This document shows, piece after piece, positions 1-11,346 of a DNA stretch of 64,000 nt (within the stretch, counting starts at the first letter, position 1; each line of letters starts with the position of its first letter). The notes beneath the pieces are model-generated. The model was not told the origin of the DNA. It ran no database searches and saw only the letters and a list, made by a program, of their open reading frames with translations. The DNA comes from Actinobacteria bacterium UBA7524 (GTDB lineage: Bacteria; Actinomycetota; Coriobacteriia; Anaerosomatales; UBA912), in the NCBI GenBank assembly GCA_002478275.1, contig DLMY01000009.1, positions 18,991 to 82,990 on the forward strand, read 5' to 3'. Both the position numbers and the translations under genes were made by a program.

Positions 1-751
1 AAGCCGAGAACGCGTACATGAACCAAAGGAGCGCGAACTGTTTCGTGCGCACCATGTCGCGCCAGTCGAAGTCACGGGTCTCAGGCTCGAGGTCGGAAAC
101 GCGCGCGGCAGCCCCGACACTGCGGGCCACAGGCGCCGGCACCGCCGTGAGCCCGGCAGGCACATAGCCAGCCGGAGGATTCATGAGCAGCTGAGAGAGA
201 CCGACACACGTGACAAGGAACGCCCCGCCCAGGATCCTGAAGGTACCGGAAACGCCATACTCGCCAAGGAGCCATGTCGTGAGCGGCGCGATATACACGC
301 TTGCCAGGCCGAACCCGCTGACGACGAGTCCGGTGATCAACCCCTTGCGCGCGGGCGGGAACCACTTGACTGCGGCCGGCGTAGCAGCGGCATAGCCGAG
401 CCCGATCCCGGCACCGGCCAGGACCCCGAATCCGACGACGATCGGAAGAGCGTTGTCCGCGGTCCCCACACTGGACACGAGCATGCCGCCGCCCGTGAAC
501 AACCCACCGAGCGTGGCGACGACTCTGGGGCCGAAACGGTCCTGCGCGCGACCCGCGAAGACCATCGAGAGCGCGAAGACGCCCACGGCGATGGCGTAGG
601 GCAAGCTTGCCTGTCCGGCGCTCCAGCCCCAGTCGCCCGTAAGCGTCTTGGCGATCACGCTCCAGGCATACAGCACGCCGAGCGCAAGATTGATCCCTAT
701 TCCGGCAAGCGTGACTATCCAGCCACGCCGCATAGCGGCATCCCGTGTCAT
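1..751 (-). CDS. OFA-family (oxalate/formate antiporter-like) MFS transporter, runs off the window start
   Basis: My translation (not in ORF track): MTRDAAMRRGWIVTLAGIGINLALGVLYAWSVIAK..., with GRAQDRFGPR and GIGLGYAA..PAVKWF; GGAGG RBS upstream of ATG at 751. Confidence 0.85.
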   Translation of the reverse strand, partial: MTRDAAMRRGWIVTLAGIGINLALGVLYAWSVIAKTLTGDWGWSAGQASLPYAIAVGVFALSMVFAGRAQDRFGPRVVATLGGLFTGGGMLVSSVGTADNALPIVVGFGVLAGAGIGLGYAAATPAAVKWFPPARKGLITGLVVSGFGLASVYIAPLTTWLLGEYGVSGTFRILGGAFLVTCVGLSQLLMNPPAGYVPAGLTAVPAPVARSVGAAARVSDLEPETRDFDWRDMVRTKQFALLWFMYAFSA

Positions 752-998
752 AACGTCGTCCCTCCGCCGGCACGGTCGAATATGGACGAGCGGCTCGAGC
801 CTACCCCCAGACCCGATGGCGCCACTCGTTAACACAATCACTCATTATGCCGCGTATCCGGTTGTGAAACCGGGCGATCAGGCGAGCGGCGTCAGATCAT
901 CCGTAAGCGGTGCTAACGATTCGAATCGAGAATATCGGGTACTCACTATACACCGGCGCGACTACGTCGGATGGCTCACGCGTTGAAAGGGGACAGTC

Positions 999-2318
999 AT
1001 GAGGATACGAAGCTTCTTTGTGCTTCTCCTCGCCACAATGCTGGTCGCAACGACCTCATTAGGTTGTCGACCCGCTGAGGAGGAAGAACCCGACGAGAAC
1101 GGCGTCGCCGCGCTGGGTACCGTGACCGTGATGGGTGTGTGGGGAGGCGATGAACTCGCCGCATTCGAAGCAGTCGTCGCCGGATGGGAGGCTCAGACTG
1201 GCGGAACAGTCGACTTCGAATCGACCCGAGACCTCTCCGCCATCCTGCGCACGCGAGTTGCTGGCGGAAACCCGCCGGACCTCGCGATCCTGCCTAACCC
1301 TGCACTGATGCAGGAGTTCGCCACCGCCGGGCACCTGGTGTCACTGAACGACGTCCTGGACATGAGCATGATGCAGGCTGACTTCAGTGACGCCTGGATC
1401 GATCTGGGCAGCGTCGATGGCGAACTGGTCGGCGTGTTCGTGAAGGCCGCCACCAAGAGCACGATCTGGTACAACCCGAAGGTGTTCGCCGACAAGGACT
1501 ACGAGGTTCCCGCGACCTGGGATGAGCTGCTGAGCCTTTCCGACCAGATCGTAGCCGACGGCGGCACCCCGTGGTCTATCGGTATCGAGTCCGGTGGCGC
1601 CACTGGCTGGCCGGCCAGTGACTGGATCCAGGAGATCCATCTCGCAGAGTCCGGTCCGGAACTTCACGACCAGTGGGTGAACCACGAGATCCCATGGACT
1701 CACGAATCGATCAGATCTGCCTTCGAGCGTTTCGGTGAGATCGCGCTCAACGAGGACTACGTGGTTGGCGGTGTCGACAACATACTCGCCACAGGCTTCG
1801 AGGACGCCTCCTACCTGCCCTTCGAAGATCCGCCCCGCGCGTACCTGTACGCCCTCGGCGGGTTCACCCAAGGCTTCATCGAAGCACAGTTCTCCGACCT
1901 CGTGGCGACCGAAGACTACGACTTCTTCAACTTCCCGGATATCGACCCCAGGTACGCTGGTTCGGCGACTGGCGGAGCGGATGTCGCGGTCATGTTCAAC
2001 GACACTCCGGAAGCGCGATCGCTCATGGAGTACCTTGCGGACGGCGCCAACTGGGAATCGTGGGCCAGTGCGGGAGGCTACGCGTCACCCAGTACCGCGC
2101 TTCCCTTGAGCGCATACCCGGACGACTTGGCAGCCAAGGCGGCCGCCCAGCTCACCGAGTCCGAGATCTTCCGTTTTGATGCAGACGACCTGATGCCGGC
2201 CGAGGTACAGAGTGCGTACCTCACCGGGATCATAGACTACCTGCAAGACCCCGGGTCCCTTGATGACATCCTCGCACGGCTGGAAGCGGTCGCTGTGAAC
2301 GCGTATTCAGCGCAGTAA
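999..2318 (+). CDS. Carbohydrate ABC transporter substrate-binding lipoprotein (AglE-like)
   Basis: Lipobox SLGC, GNPPDLAILPNP, KSTIWYNPKVF, GWPASDW, FRFDADDLMP; followed by permeases and ATPase. Confidence 0.9.
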   Translation: MRIRSFFVLLLATMLVATTSLGCRPAEEEEPDENGVAALGTVTVMGVWGGDELAAFEAVVAGWEAQTGGTVDFESTRDLSAILRTRVAGGNPPDLAILPNPALMQEFATAGHLVSLNDVLDMSMMQADFSDAWIDLGSVDGELVGVFVKAATKSTIWYNPKVFADKDYEVPATWDELLSLSDQIVADGGTPWSIGIESGGATGWPASDWIQEIHLAESGPELHDQWVNHEIPWTHESIRSAFERFGEIALNEDYVVGGVDNILATGFEDASYLPFEDPPRAYLYALGGFTQGFIEAQFSDLVATEDYDFFNFPDIDPRYAGSATGGADVAVMFNDTPEARSLMEYLADGANWESWASAGGYASPSTALPLSAYPDDLAAKAAAQLTESEIFRFDADDLMPAEVQSAYLTGIIDYLQDPGSLDDILARLEAVAVNAYSAQ

Positions 2319-2344
2319 CGACACCGCCCACCGCGTACAGTGAT

Positions 2345-2372
2345 GGCGGGCGGTCCTCAATGGGCCGCCCGC
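2345..2372 (+). terminator. Stem-loop between SBP and permease genes (terminator or mRNA stabiliser)
   Basis: GGCGGGCGGTCC-TCAAT-GGGCCGCCCGCT inverted repeat. Confidence 0.5.
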
Positions 2373-2422
2373 TCCACATCAGCTGAACAGACTGCGACAG
2401 GCTCGTCGAGAGGCATCGACTG

Positions 2423-3292
2423 GTGAAGAAGAGGGCTCTGAGGATCGCAGCATCGCCATGGCTCTACCTTGCGCCCGCGCTCACCCTTCTCAGTGTCTTC
2501 CTGCTGTATCCGGTGACGAACACCATCTATCTCAGCTTCTTCGACCGCAGCTCAACGACGTTCGTCGGAATCGACAACTACGTCTATCTGGCCAGTCATC
2601 CCGAAACCATCATCGTCCTACGCAACAACCTGATGTGGCTCGTGTTGTTCACTGGAACGACGGTCACGCTCGGATTACTGCTCGCTGTTCTGACCAACCA
2701 GGTGCGTTACGAGGCTGCTGCAAAGGCGATCGTGTTCGTTCCGATGGCAGTCTCCTTCACGGCGGCAGCGGTCATCTGGCGTTTCATGTACATCTACCAA
2801 CCAGTGGAGTTCGCACAGACCGGCGTGGTCAACGCCCTCCTCGGCCTGGTCGGACTCGATCCGGTGGCCTGGATCACCAACAAGTCGGTCAACAACCTAG
2901 CGCTCATCGCTTCGGGTGTCTGGATGTGGACCGGCTTCGCACTCGTGGTCATATCCGCGGGTCTCAAGGGGATTCCCACCGAGGTGATCGAAGCTGCGCG
3001 CGTGGACGGCGCCAGTGAGACCCAGATATTCTGGTATGTCCTTCTCCCGATGCTGCGCTCAGTGGTGCTCGTCGTGGCGGTGACCCTTGTCATCAACTCA
3101 CTGAAGGTCTTCGACCTTGTCTACGTCATGACATTCGGCAACTACGACACCGACGTACTGGCGAATCGAATGTTCAAAGAGATGTTCACGTTCGGTAACT
3201 TCGGACGAGCCAGCGCCGTGGCCGTGGTGCTCCTGCTTGCCATCGTGCCGCTGATGCTCCTCAATATCCGACGATTCAGACGGGAGCAGTGA
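2423..3292 (+). CDS. Sugar ABC transporter permease 1
   Basis: Multiple TM helices, EAA loop EAARVDGA. Confidence 0.9.
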   Translation: MKKRALRIAASPWLYLAPALTLLSVFLLYPVTNTIYLSFFDRSSTTFVGIDNYVYLASHPETIIVLRNNLMWLVLFTGTTVTLGLLLAVLTNQVRYEAAAKAIVFVPMAVSFTAAAVIWRFMYIYQPVEFAQTGVVNALLGLVGLDPVAWITNKSVNNLALIASGVWMWTGFALVVISAGLKGIPTEVIEAARVDGASETQIFWYVLLPMLRSVVLVVAVTLVINSLKVFDLVYVMTFGNYDTDVLANRMFKEMFTFGNFGRASAVAVVLLLAIVPLMLLNIRRFRREQ

Positions 3293-4191
3293 TGGCAGTC
3301 AACGAGCACGCTGACCCGGCGAGGACCCACCTCGAAACACCCGCTGAGCGCATCGTTCGCAGACTTTCGCGTGGACCACTGCACGCCGTGATCATAGCGG
3401 TGTGTCTGGCGTGGATGACTCCCACCGCAGGCCTGTTCATCAGCTCCTTCCGCACCAAGGCCGACATAGCGACGACCGGCTGGTGGACCGCCCTGGTGCC
3501 GCCACTGCAGTTCACTCTGGACAACTACGATCATGTCCTGACCGCGAGGGGCATGGGTCGAAGCTTCATCAACAGCCTCCTGATCTCCGTGCCTGCGACC
3601 ATGCTGACCATCCTGGTCGCGGCACTCGCCGCCTACGCGTTCTCCTGGATAGAATTCCGTGGCCGGGAAGCGCTGTTCCTCCTCGTGGTCGCACTCCTGG
3701 TCGTCCCGATCCAGTTGACGCTCATCCCTGTTCTGAGAATGTTCGCGAACTTCGGCATGACTGGCTCGTTCCCAGCGATCTGGCTCGCGCATACGGCCTA
3801 CGGACTACCCTTCGCCGTCTTCTTGTTGCGCAACTTCTTCGTTGCCCTGCCGAAGGACCTGCTCGAATCTGCGTTCCTCGAAGGAGCCTCTCATTTCGTG
3901 GCTTTCACACGCATAGTCATGCCACTGTCCGTCCCCGCGGTTGCCGCACTCGGAATCTTCCAGTTCCTGTGGTTGTGGAACGACCTGCTGGTGGCCCTGG
4001 TCTATCTCGGAGGCTTTCGTGACGTCGCACCGATGACGGTCGCGATCAGCTCTCTGGTCAGCTCGTTCGGGAGCGAATGGCACTTGCTCACGGCAGCCGC
4101 CTTCGTGTCGATGGTTCTGCCTCTTGTCGTCTTCTTCGCACTGCAGAAGTACTTCGTCGAAGGCATCCTCGCCGGTGCTGTGAAAGGGTAG
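3289..4191 (+). CDS. Sugar ABC transporter permease 2
   Basis: TM helices, ESAFLEGA loop, FLWLWNDLL; overlaps previous stop. Confidence 0.9.
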   Translation: MMAVNEHADPARTHLETPAERIVRRLSRGPLHAVIIAVCLAWMTPTAGLFISSFRTKADIATTGWWTALVPPLQFTLDNYDHVLTARGMGRSFINSLLISVPATMLTILVAALAAYAFSWIEFRGREALFLLVVALLVVPIQLTLIPVLRMFANFGMTGSFPAIWLAHTAYGLPFAVFLLRNFFVALPKDLLESAFLEGASHFVAFTRIVMPLSVPAVAALGIFQFLWLWNDLLVALVYLGGFRDVAPMTVAISSLVSSFGSEWHLLTAAAFVSMVLPLVVFFALQKYFVEGILAGAVKG

Positions 4192-4196
4192 AGATC

Positions 4197-5312
4197 ATGG
4201 CTAGCGTCCTCTTCGATCACGTCTGGAAGCGATTCGGTGACTTCGCAGCACTCAAGGACTTCCATCTCGACATCGAGGACAAGGAGTTCCTGGTTCTCGT
4301 GGGACCCTCTGGATGTGGGAAATCGACCGCATTGCGTCTACTTGCCGGTCTCGAGAGCGTCACTGAAGGATCGATATTCATAGGCGAGGAGAGAATCAAC
4401 GACACCCCGCCCAGGGATCGGGACATAGCCATGGTGTTCCAGTCATACGCTCTGTACCCGCACATGACGATCAAAGACAACATCGGCTTCGGCTTGAGGC
4501 TGCGCAAGGTACCCAGGCAAGAGGTGGAACGTCGGGTGAGCGATGCCGCAGTGATTCTCGGGGTGGAAGGACTCCTGGACCGTAAGCCCGGTCAGCTCTC
4601 GGGAGGTCAGCGACAGCGTATAGCGGTAGCGCGCGCCATCGTGCGCGAACCCCGAGTGTTCTTGCTGGATGAACCGCTCTCCAACCTCGACGCCAAACTT
4701 CGCGTCAATACCCGTGCGGAGATCTCCAAACTCCACAAACGGCTCGGCACGACCTTCATATACGTCACACACGACCAGACAGAAGCCATGACGATGGCCA
4801 CGCGCATCGCGGTGATGGATGCGGGCATCATCCAGCAGGTGGGTACGCCACAACAGCTCTACGATCATCCAGCGAACACGTTCGTGGCTGGTTTCATAGG
4901 CAGTCCCGCCATGAACTTCTTCTCGGCTCTGGTGACCGAGTCTGAAGGCCACCTCGAACTACGGGGCGACACGTACTCAGTTCGGGTTCCACTGGATAGA
5001 GCAGGGGAGATACGGCAGTTCAAGGATAGAGAGCTGTTGTTCGGAATCAGGCCGGAGAACATCCACGACCAGGAGTTCGTCCCTCGCGGCGTGAACGCGG
5101 TACCGATCGAAGTGGTCGTAGACGTGACGGAACTGATGGGCAACGAGGTCTTCTTGCACCTGCTCGCGGGGGAGAACAAGCTGCTTGCCAGAGTCGATCC
5201 ACGCACAGGACTGCGCGCTGGAGCGCGGACAGAGGTCCTGATGGACCTCGAGCGACTGCACGTGTTCGATCCAGCGACCACCGCCGTACTGGTCAGTGCT
5301 TCCGATGCCTGA
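4197..5312 (+). CDS. Sugar ABC transporter ATP-binding protein (MalK/MsmX/UgpC family)
   Basis: Walker A GPSGCGKS, LSGGQRQR, LLDEPLSNLDAKLR; start moved to ATG 4197. Confidence 0.93.
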   Translation: MASVLFDHVWKRFGDFAALKDFHLDIEDKEFLVLVGPSGCGKSTALRLLAGLESVTEGSIFIGEERINDTPPRDRDIAMVFQSYALYPHMTIKDNIGFGLRLRKVPRQEVERRVSDAAVILGVEGLLDRKPGQLSGGQRQRIAVARAIVREPRVFLLDEPLSNLDAKLRVNTRAEISKLHKRLGTTFIYVTHDQTEAMTMATRIAVMDAGIIQQVGTPQQLYDHPANTFVAGFIGSPAMNFFSALVTESEGHLELRGDTYSVRVPLDRAGEIRQFKDRELLFGIRPENIHDQEFVPRGVNAVPIEVVVDVTELMGNEVFLHLLAGENKLLARVDPRTGLRAGARTEVLMDLERLHVFDPATTAVLVSASDA

Positions 5313-5324
5313 CCAGAAGGCCCT

Positions 5325-5795
5325 TCAGTACTCCACTCGGTCCTCTTTCTGCACCCACTCATCGAAGACAGCACGGGCTTCCTCGGCAAGTAAGCGGGAC
5401 CTGCGCAAGGAGCGCTCGTCGGCGGGTAGGGCAAACTCGCGATAGAAAGCCCCGTCATCAAAGCCCGCTGCCTCAGCGTCTTGCGTCGTGTTCGCGTAGT
5501 ACATCGCCGGGATACGCGCCCAGTAGATCGCGGCGAGGCACATCGGGCACGGTTCACACGTCGTGTAGATCGCTGCGCCTTCGAGCGAGAATGTGCCGAG
5601 CCGCTCGCACGCGGCACGGATCGCGACGATCTCTGCATGTGCCGTGGGATCGTTCATGCTGGTCACCTGGTTCCAGCCCTCGCCGACGATCTCGCCGTCT
5701 CTGACGACGACCGCCGCGAACGGCCCACCCTGGTTCGCCTGCATGTGCTCCCGCGACAGCACGATCGCGCGACGCATGTGGTCCTCGTGAGTCAC
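5325..5795 (-). CDS. guaD: Guanine deaminase (cytidine-deaminase fold)
   Basis: GGPFAAVV, HAE, PCPMC, AIYWARI, GFDD, C-terminal Tyr. Confidence 0.85.
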   Translation of the reverse strand: MTHEDHMRRAIVLSREHMQANQGGPFAAVVVRDGEIVGEGWNQVTSMNDPTAHAEIVAIRAACERLGTFSLEGAAIYTTCEPCPMCLAAIYWARIPAMYYANTTQDAEAAGFDDGAFYREFALPADERSLRRSRLLAEEARAVFDEWVQKEDRVEY

Positions 5796-5892
5796 CGGCC
5801 CTCCTGTAGGTCGCTTCCCACAGGATAGGACATCGACCGGTCGCGCGCTCCTGCAGCGCCGGCATCGTGGAGGATGACTGCATCCCCCACTG

Positions 5893-5923
5893 GCGAGGCC
5901 CCGGCGATGTGCCAGGGCCTCGC
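5893..5923 (-). terminator. Hairpin downstream of hsp20
   Basis: GCGAGGCCCCGGC-GATGT-GCCAGGGCCTCGC. Confidence 0.5.
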
Positions 5924-5984
5924 GAGATGACAGCCTGTGAGTAACGCTTCGCGAATCCGGCCAAGCGCCGACATCACACGGCCG

Positions 5985-6443
5985 CTACCTGTCCTCGCCG
6001 ATAGCTATCTTCGTCGTCTTGGGCTTCGCCGCCTCAAGCGCCTTGGGCACGTGGATCTCGAGTATGCCGTCGGTGTAATCCGCCTTGATGTCCTCGGCGG
6101 TCACACCTTCAGGCAGCACCATCGAGCGCTCGAAGCTACCGTAGCTCGACTCGCGGATGAGCCAGCCTTCGCCCTCTCGCTCCTCCTCGGCCTTGCGTTC
6201 ACCCTTGATCGTAAGGACTCCGTCGGTGACCTCGATATCGACCTCGGCGGGATCGACACCGGGTAGTTCGGCACGCACGACGATGTCGTCGCCCTTCGAC
6301 TTGACGTCGATCTTGGGCATCCATGCCACCGCTGCAGCGGTCTCGCCACGACCCTCAGTCGTACCCATGCGCGTGAAGATACGGTCCATGTCACGCTGCA
6401 TCCTGAGCATCTCGCCGAACGGGTCCCATCTCATGATCGCCAT
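5985..6443 (-). CDS. Hsp20/alpha-crystallin small heat-shock protein
   Basis: MAIMRWDPF, AELPGV, DGVLTIKGER, YGSFERS, DGILEIHVPK; RBS GGAGGTG before 6443. Confidence 0.93.
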   Translation of the reverse strand: MAIMRWDPFGEMLRMQRDMDRIFTRMGTTEGRGETAAAVAWMPKIDVKSKGDDIVVRAELPGVDPAEVDIEVTDGVLTIKGERKAEEEREGEGWLIRESSYGSFERSMVLPEGVTAEDIKADYTDGILEIHVPKALEAAKPKTTKIAIGEDR

Positions 6444-6530
6444 CTCTGTACACCTCCACTGTTCATCTCGCCGCCCGGCCACGTACCGGACGCGCCTCTT
6501 CCTACTTCCTTCTGCTTCACACGTGATGCA

Positions 6531-9122
6531 TTACCTCAGTTCGATCTCCCCTTCCGCGCTCACATCGATGGTGACGGTATCCCCGTCACCGACTGCCCCT
6601 TCAACCAACGCCTTGGCCACGCGGTCGACGACCTCACGCTGGATGACGCGCTTGAGCGGCCTGGCCCCGAACACCGGGTCGAAGCCGTCGATCGAGATGC
6701 GCTCGGCCGCCGCGGGCGTGACCTCCAGCGAGATCTTGCGCTCGGCAAGCCGCTCGCGCACCTTGGCCAGTTGGATCTCGACGATCTGCGCGATCTGCTC
6801 CATCGAAAGCGAATGGAAGAGCACGATATCGTCGATCCGGTTGAGGAACTCCGGACGAAACGTCTGCCTCAGCGCTTCTTCGACCGCGTTGCGCATCTGC
6901 GCTTCCTCGCCGCCCGCGCGTGCGAACTCCTGGATGAACTGCGAGCCTACGTTGCTCGTCATGATGACGATGGTGTTCTTGAAGCTGACGACGCGGCCCT
7001 GGCCATCGGTCATGCGACCATCGTCGAGAACCTGCAGCAGTACGTTGAACACGTCGGGGTGCGCTTTCTCGATCTCGTCGAGCAGCAGCACGGAGTACGG
7101 ACGGCGGCGCACCGCCTCGGTCAACTGACCGCCCTCCTCGTAACCGACGTATCCCGGCGGAGCACCGATCAGGCGCTGTACGCTGAACTTCTCCATGTAC
7201 TCGCTCATGTCGATGCGGACCATCGAGCGCTCATCGTCGAACAAGAACTCTGCGAGCGCCCGGGCGAGTTCGGTCTTACCCACGCCGGTCGGCCCCATGA
7301 AGATGAACGAGCCGATGGGCCGGTCAGGGTCGGACAAGCCCGCGCGCGAACGCCGTATCGCTGCGGCCACAGCTGAGACCGCCTCGTTCTGGCCGACGAC
7401 CCGCTCGTGCAGATGCTCTTCCAGAGTGGCGAGCTTGGCCATCTCGCCCTGCATGAGCTTGGAGACCGGCACTCCCGTCCACGCGGCCACGACCTCGGCG
7501 ATCTCCTCCTCGGTGACCTCTTCGCGCAGCATCGCGGCGCCTGCCTGCAGCTCCCGCAGGCGCACGTCCGCGGCCTCCAGGTCGCTTTCCAACTGGGGGA
7601 TCCTGCCGTAACGGATCTCCGCCGCTCGCTGCAGGTCGCCTTCGCGCTCGGCTCGCTCCGCATCGACCTTCGCTTCATCGAGCTCGGCCTTGAAGCGCTG
7701 TACGTCGGTGATCACGCCCTTCTCAGACTCCCAGCGCGCCTTGAGTCCTGAGAGCTGCTCGGTCACGTCCGCCATCTCGCCGCGCAGCACCTCAAGGCGC
7801 TCCGCGCTTGCCTCGTCGGACTCCTTGGAAAGTGCGGCCTCTTCGATCTGAAGCTGGCGCAACCTACGATCCAGCACATCGATCTCGGTCGGCATCGAGT
7901 CGATCTCGATCCGCAGTCTTGATGCCGCCTCGTCGATCAGGTCGATCGCTTTGTCCGGCAAGAAGCGATCGGTGATGTAGCGGTCAGACAGGGTGGCAGC
8001 GGCCACGATCGCGCCGTCGGTCACCCGCACGCCATGGTGCACCTCGTACTTCTCTTTGAGGCCTCTAAGGATCGCTATGGTGTCCTCGGCAGAAGGCTCA
8101 CCCACGTAGACCGGTTGGAAGCGCCGCTCAAGCGCCGCGTCCTTCTCGATGTGCTTGCGGTACTCATCGAGCGTGGTCGCGCCGATCGCGTGCAGCTCGC
8201 CGCGCGCGAGGGCGGGCTTGAGCATGTTGCTCGCATCCATCGAGCCCTCCGCGGCGCCGGCGCCGACCAACGTGTGCAACTCGTCGATGAAGAGCACCAA
8301 CCGCCCCTCGGCCTGCTCGATCTCGCGCAGCACCGCCTTGAGCCGGTCCTCGAACTCGCCGCGGTACTTCGCGCCGGCGACCATGGCGCCCAGGTCGAGC
8401 GAGACGACGTCTTTGTCGCGCAGGCTGCTCGGTACATCGCCATCGACGATACGTTGCGCGAGCCCTTCGACGATCGCCGTCTTGCCCGTGCCCGGCTCGC
8501 CTATCAACACCGGGTTGTTCTTTGTGCGTCGTGAGAGCACCTGTACCAGCCGGCGGATCTCCTCATTGCGCCCGATCACCGGGTCGAGCTTGCCATCACG
8601 CGCGGCCTGCGTGAGGTTGCGCGAGAAACGCTCGAGCGCCTGGAACTGCGCTTCGGGGTTCTGGTCGGTCACACGCGAGCCGGCACGCAGTTCCCCTATC
8701 GCTTCAAGCACCCGGGCAGCGGTCACGCCCGCGCCGCCGAGCAAACGACCGGCCTCACCGCCGTCCTCAGCCAGCCCGATCAGCAGGTGCTCGGTGGACA
8801 CGTACGCGTCCTTGAGCTTCTCGGCGTGCTTGAACGCCGCGCTCAGCACCGTGTTGAGCCGAGGACCCACGCCGGCCGGCCCGCTGACACCGCCACCGCT
8901 CACGCGCGGCATCGCTTCGATAGCGGCCGTCACGCCGGCTTCGAGCGCGTCTGCATCCGCGCCGACCTTCTGTACGATCGGCCGCACGATACCTTCTGCG
9001 GCATCCAGCAGCACCTTGAGCAGATGCTCCGGCTCTATGACCTGCGATTCGGCGTCATCGGCCACCCCTTGGGCCGCCTGCAGCGCCTCCTGCGCCTTTA
9101 TCGTCAGCTTGTCGAGCCTCAT
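6531..9122 (-). CDS. clpB: ATP-dependent chaperone ClpB
   Basis: Two AAA modules ([16 protein letters not shown]), KYRGEFE, coiled-coil M domain, GARPLKR; start MRLDKLT at 9122. Confidence 0.96.
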   Translation of the reverse strand: MRLDKLTIKAQEALQAAQGVADDAESQVIEPEHLLKVLLDAAEGIVRPIVQKVGADADALEAGVTAAIEAMPRVSGGGVSGPAGVGPRLNTVLSAAFKHAEKLKDAYVSTEHLLIGLAEDGGEAGRLLGGAGVTAARVLEAIGELRAGSRVTDQNPEAQFQALERFSRNLTQAARDGKLDPVIGRNEEIRRLVQVLSRRTKNNPVLIGEPGTGKTAIVEGLAQRIVDGDVPSSLRDKDVVSLDLGAMVAGAKYRGEFEDRLKAVLREIEQAEGRLVLFIDELHTLVGAGAAEGSMDASNMLKPALARGELHAIGATTLDEYRKHIEKDAALERRFQPVYVGEPSAEDTIAILRGLKEKYEVHHGVRVTDGAIVAAATLSDRYITDRFLPDKAIDLIDEAASRLRIEIDSMPTEIDVLDRRLRQLQIEEAALSKESDEASAERLEVLRGEMADVTEQLSGLKARWESEKGVITDVQRFKAELDEAKVDAERAEREGDLQRAAEIRYGRIPQLESDLEAADVRLRELQAGAAMLREEVTEEEIAEVVAAWTGVPVSKLMQGEMAKLATLEEHLHERVVGQNEAVSAVAAAIRRSRAGLSDPDRPIGSFIFMGPTGVGKTELARALAEFLFDDERSMVRIDMSEYMEKFSVQRLIGAPPGYVGYEEGGQLTEAVRRRPYSVLLLDEIEKAHPDVFNVLLQVLDDGRMTDGQGRVVSFKNTIVIMTSNVGSQFIQEFARAGGEEAQMRNAVEEALRQTFRPEFLNRIDDIVLFHSLSMEQIAQIVEIQLAKVRERLAERKISLEVTPAAAERISIDGFDPVFGARPLKRVIQREVVDRVAKALVEGAVGDGDTVTIDVSAEGEIELR

Positions 9123-9347
9123 GACACTCGATCCTCCTCTGCGAGGGCGCTTCCACACCCCGCCATCACCGTGCACGCCCGTCCGGGCGTCAGCGCTTCA
9201 CCCGTCAACTCGGTGCCGGGCGTTCCTTGCTCAGGCATGACCATGCCCAGGCGAGGAGCCATCAAATCGGTCCGCCCGCGATCTCGCCACGACGCACGCC
9301 GTGCGCCCAGCACGAGAACTCGCTCTTGCCGCTACCGGTCACCCCAC

Positions 9348-9782
9348 TCACTCCTTCAGCCGCCACTCGCCGTCGCGATACTCCAGCGTCAGCGTCGTCT
9401 CCTCGGTGCCGGTGAACCGACCGCTGAGCCGCACGATGTCGAGTCGCTCACCGTACTCGACGGTCAACTCACCACCCATCACCGGCGGTACCCCGGCGTT
9501 CGACAGCACGTCCACGAGTTCGTAGACGGTCTCATCCGGCACCTGCTCGCCCGCCCGCGCGGGCTCAGGGCTGCCCGGCGTGCGCGTCTCCTCGACACCT
9601 TCGCCCGCCGAGGAACCCTCGTCGCCCTCGGGCGCTTCAAGCACAGGCGCCTGGCGCGAGAACAGCCCGAGGATCCCAGAGCCGTCCTCGCCGTCGCGAG
9701 ACGCCGCGATCGCCCAGGCCACAAGCCCCGCGAGCGCCACTGCGGCGACGACCGCCCCGATCATCCAGCGCTTCCTGCTCAC
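9348..9782 (-). CDS. Hypothetical membrane-anchored protein
   Basis: N-terminal TM, acidic linker; 4-bp overlap with hspR stop. Confidence 0.65.
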   Translation of the reverse strand: MSRKRWMIGAVVAAVALAGLVAWAIAASRDGEDGSGILGLFSRQAPVLEAPEGDEGSSAGEGVEETRTPGSPEPARAGEQVPDETVYELVDVLSNAGVPPVMGGELTVEYGERLDIVRLSGRFTGTEETTLTLEYRDGEWRLKE

Positions 9783-10195
9783 GACCGCCCGCCTTCCCTG
9801 CGCACGAGACCGCCGCGCTGCACCATCACGAGCTCGGTGCGGTACTCCGCCCGGCTACGTGCACGCTCGCGGGCGGCTATGCGGCTGGCCTCGTCGAGAG
9901 ACGAGCGCAACCTCAATGCTTCTCGGCGCGCACGGTCCACCTCCGCTTGCAGCTCGAGTATCCTGACCACGCCGGCCAGGTTGATGCCCTCAGCGGTCAG
10001 CTCCTGTATCAACCGCAGCTGCTCGATGTCGGAGTCGGAGTACAGGCGGGTGTTGCCCGAGGAGCGCTGCGGCTTGATAAGCTCCTTGCGCTCGTAGATA
10101 CGCAGAGTCTGCGGATGCATCCCGGCAAGCTCCGCCGCCACACTGATCATGTACAGCGGTCTTGCTCGGTTGTCTTTGCTGCTTCCTCTTGCCAT
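9779..10195 (-). CDS. hspR: Heat-shock repressor HspR (MerR family)
   Basis: [28 protein letters not shown]; follows dnaJ. Confidence 0.93.
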   Translation of the reverse strand: MARGSSKDNRARPLYMISVAAELAGMHPQTLRIYERKELIKPQRSSGNTRLYSDSDIEQLRLIQELTAEGINLAGVVRILELQAEVDRARREALRLRSSLDEASRIAARERARSRAEYRTELVMVQRGGLVRREGGRS

Positions 10196-10217
10196 CTTCC
10201 TCGCCTCCGTCGGACCC

Positions 10218-11339
10218 TTACTTCATGTGTGCCCGCAGGTCTTCGTCGCGCTTCTCTGCGAACTCTTCGAGCAATGCTCTCTCCTCGGCGGAAAGCTTGG
10301 CCGGCACCACGACGTGGGCCCTGACCCTCAGATCGCCGTGTCCCTTGCCCTTGAGCTTGGGTGCGCCCTTGCCCGCCAGGCGAAAGACCTTGCCGTCCTG
10401 TGTGCCGGGGGCGACCTTGAGCTTCGCCCGCTTACCGTCCGGCGTCGGGATCGTCACCTCGGTGCCGAGCGCCGCCTCGGTGAAGGATATCGGCAGGTCC
10501 ATCAACACGTTGGCCCCATCACGCGTATAGAACGGGTGAGGTTTCACGCGCGTGACCACGTACAGGTCTCCGGCCGGCCCTCCGTTCTCGCCGGGCTCAC
10601 CCTTGTTCTTGAAGCGGAGCTTACCGCCGTCGGTGGCGCCGGGGGGCACGTTCACGGTGACCGGCTTGACGCGCAGTACGCGACCCTTGCCGCGACAAGT
10701 CGAACACGGCTCCTCGATGATGGTGCCGGCTCCGCCACACCGCGGGCAGGGGCGCGAGAACGCGAACATGCCGCCGCCCTGGCTGACGTGCCCGCTGCCC
10801 GAACAAGTCGGGCAGGTCTTCGGCGAAGTGCCGGGCTTGGCCCCGCTTCCTCCGCACACCTTGCAGTTCTCGGCGCGCTGGACTTCCACCTTGGTCGAAG
10901 TGCCGCTGAAAGCCTCGTCGAACGTGATCGTCGTCTCGTACGTCAGGTCACGGCCCCGCCGTGCCGAGGAGCGCTGACGCGCCCCCCCACCGCCGCCGAA
11001 TCCGCCGCCGAAGATGTCACCGAACATGTCGCCGAGATCGACCTCGACACCTTGCCATCCGGCGCCACCACCGGCAGCCCCGGGCCATCCCGCACCGGGA
11101 GCTCCCGCTCCCGGCGGGACGTTACCGCCGAAGTACTGCCCGTACTGGTCGTACTGCTTGCGCTTCTCGGTATCCGAGAGCACCTCATACGCCTCGTTGA
11201 TCTCCTTGAAACTCTCCTCGGACCCGCCGGCATCCGGGTGGTGCTTGCGGGCAAGACGGCGAAACGCCTTCTTGATCTCCTCGGCGGAGGCGCCTTTCTT
11301 CACTCCCAGGATGTCGTAGTAGTCCTTGCCGGCGGCCAT
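10218..11339 (-). CDS. dnaJ: Chaperone DnaJ
   Basis: J domain HPD, G/F-rich region, four CxxCxGxG. Confidence 0.96.
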   Translation of the reverse strand: MAAGKDYYDILGVKKGASAEEIKKAFRRLARKHHPDAGGSEESFKEINEAYEVLSDTEKRKQYDQYGQYFGGNVPPGAGAPGAGWPGAAGGGAGWQGVEVDLGDMFGDIFGGGFGGGGGARQRSSARRGRDLTYETTITFDEAFSGTSTKVEVQRAENCKVCGGSGAKPGTSPKTCPTCSGSGHVSQGGGMFAFSRPCPRCGGAGTIIEEPCSTCRGKGRVLRVKPVTVNVPPGATDGGKLRFKNKGEPGENGGPAGDLYVVTRVKPHPFYTRDGANVLMDLPISFTEAALGTEVTIPTPDGKRAKLKVAPGTQDGKVFRLAGKGAPKLKGKGHGDLRVRAHVVVPAKLSAEERALLEEFAEKRDEDLRAHMK

Positions 11340-11346
11340 GTCAACG

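Noticed and set aside
5796..5984. Purine riboswitch or 61-aa ORF upstream of guanine deaminase
   Set aside because: No purine aptamer core seen; the only structure is a terminator-like hairpin, and the ORF has no recognisable features
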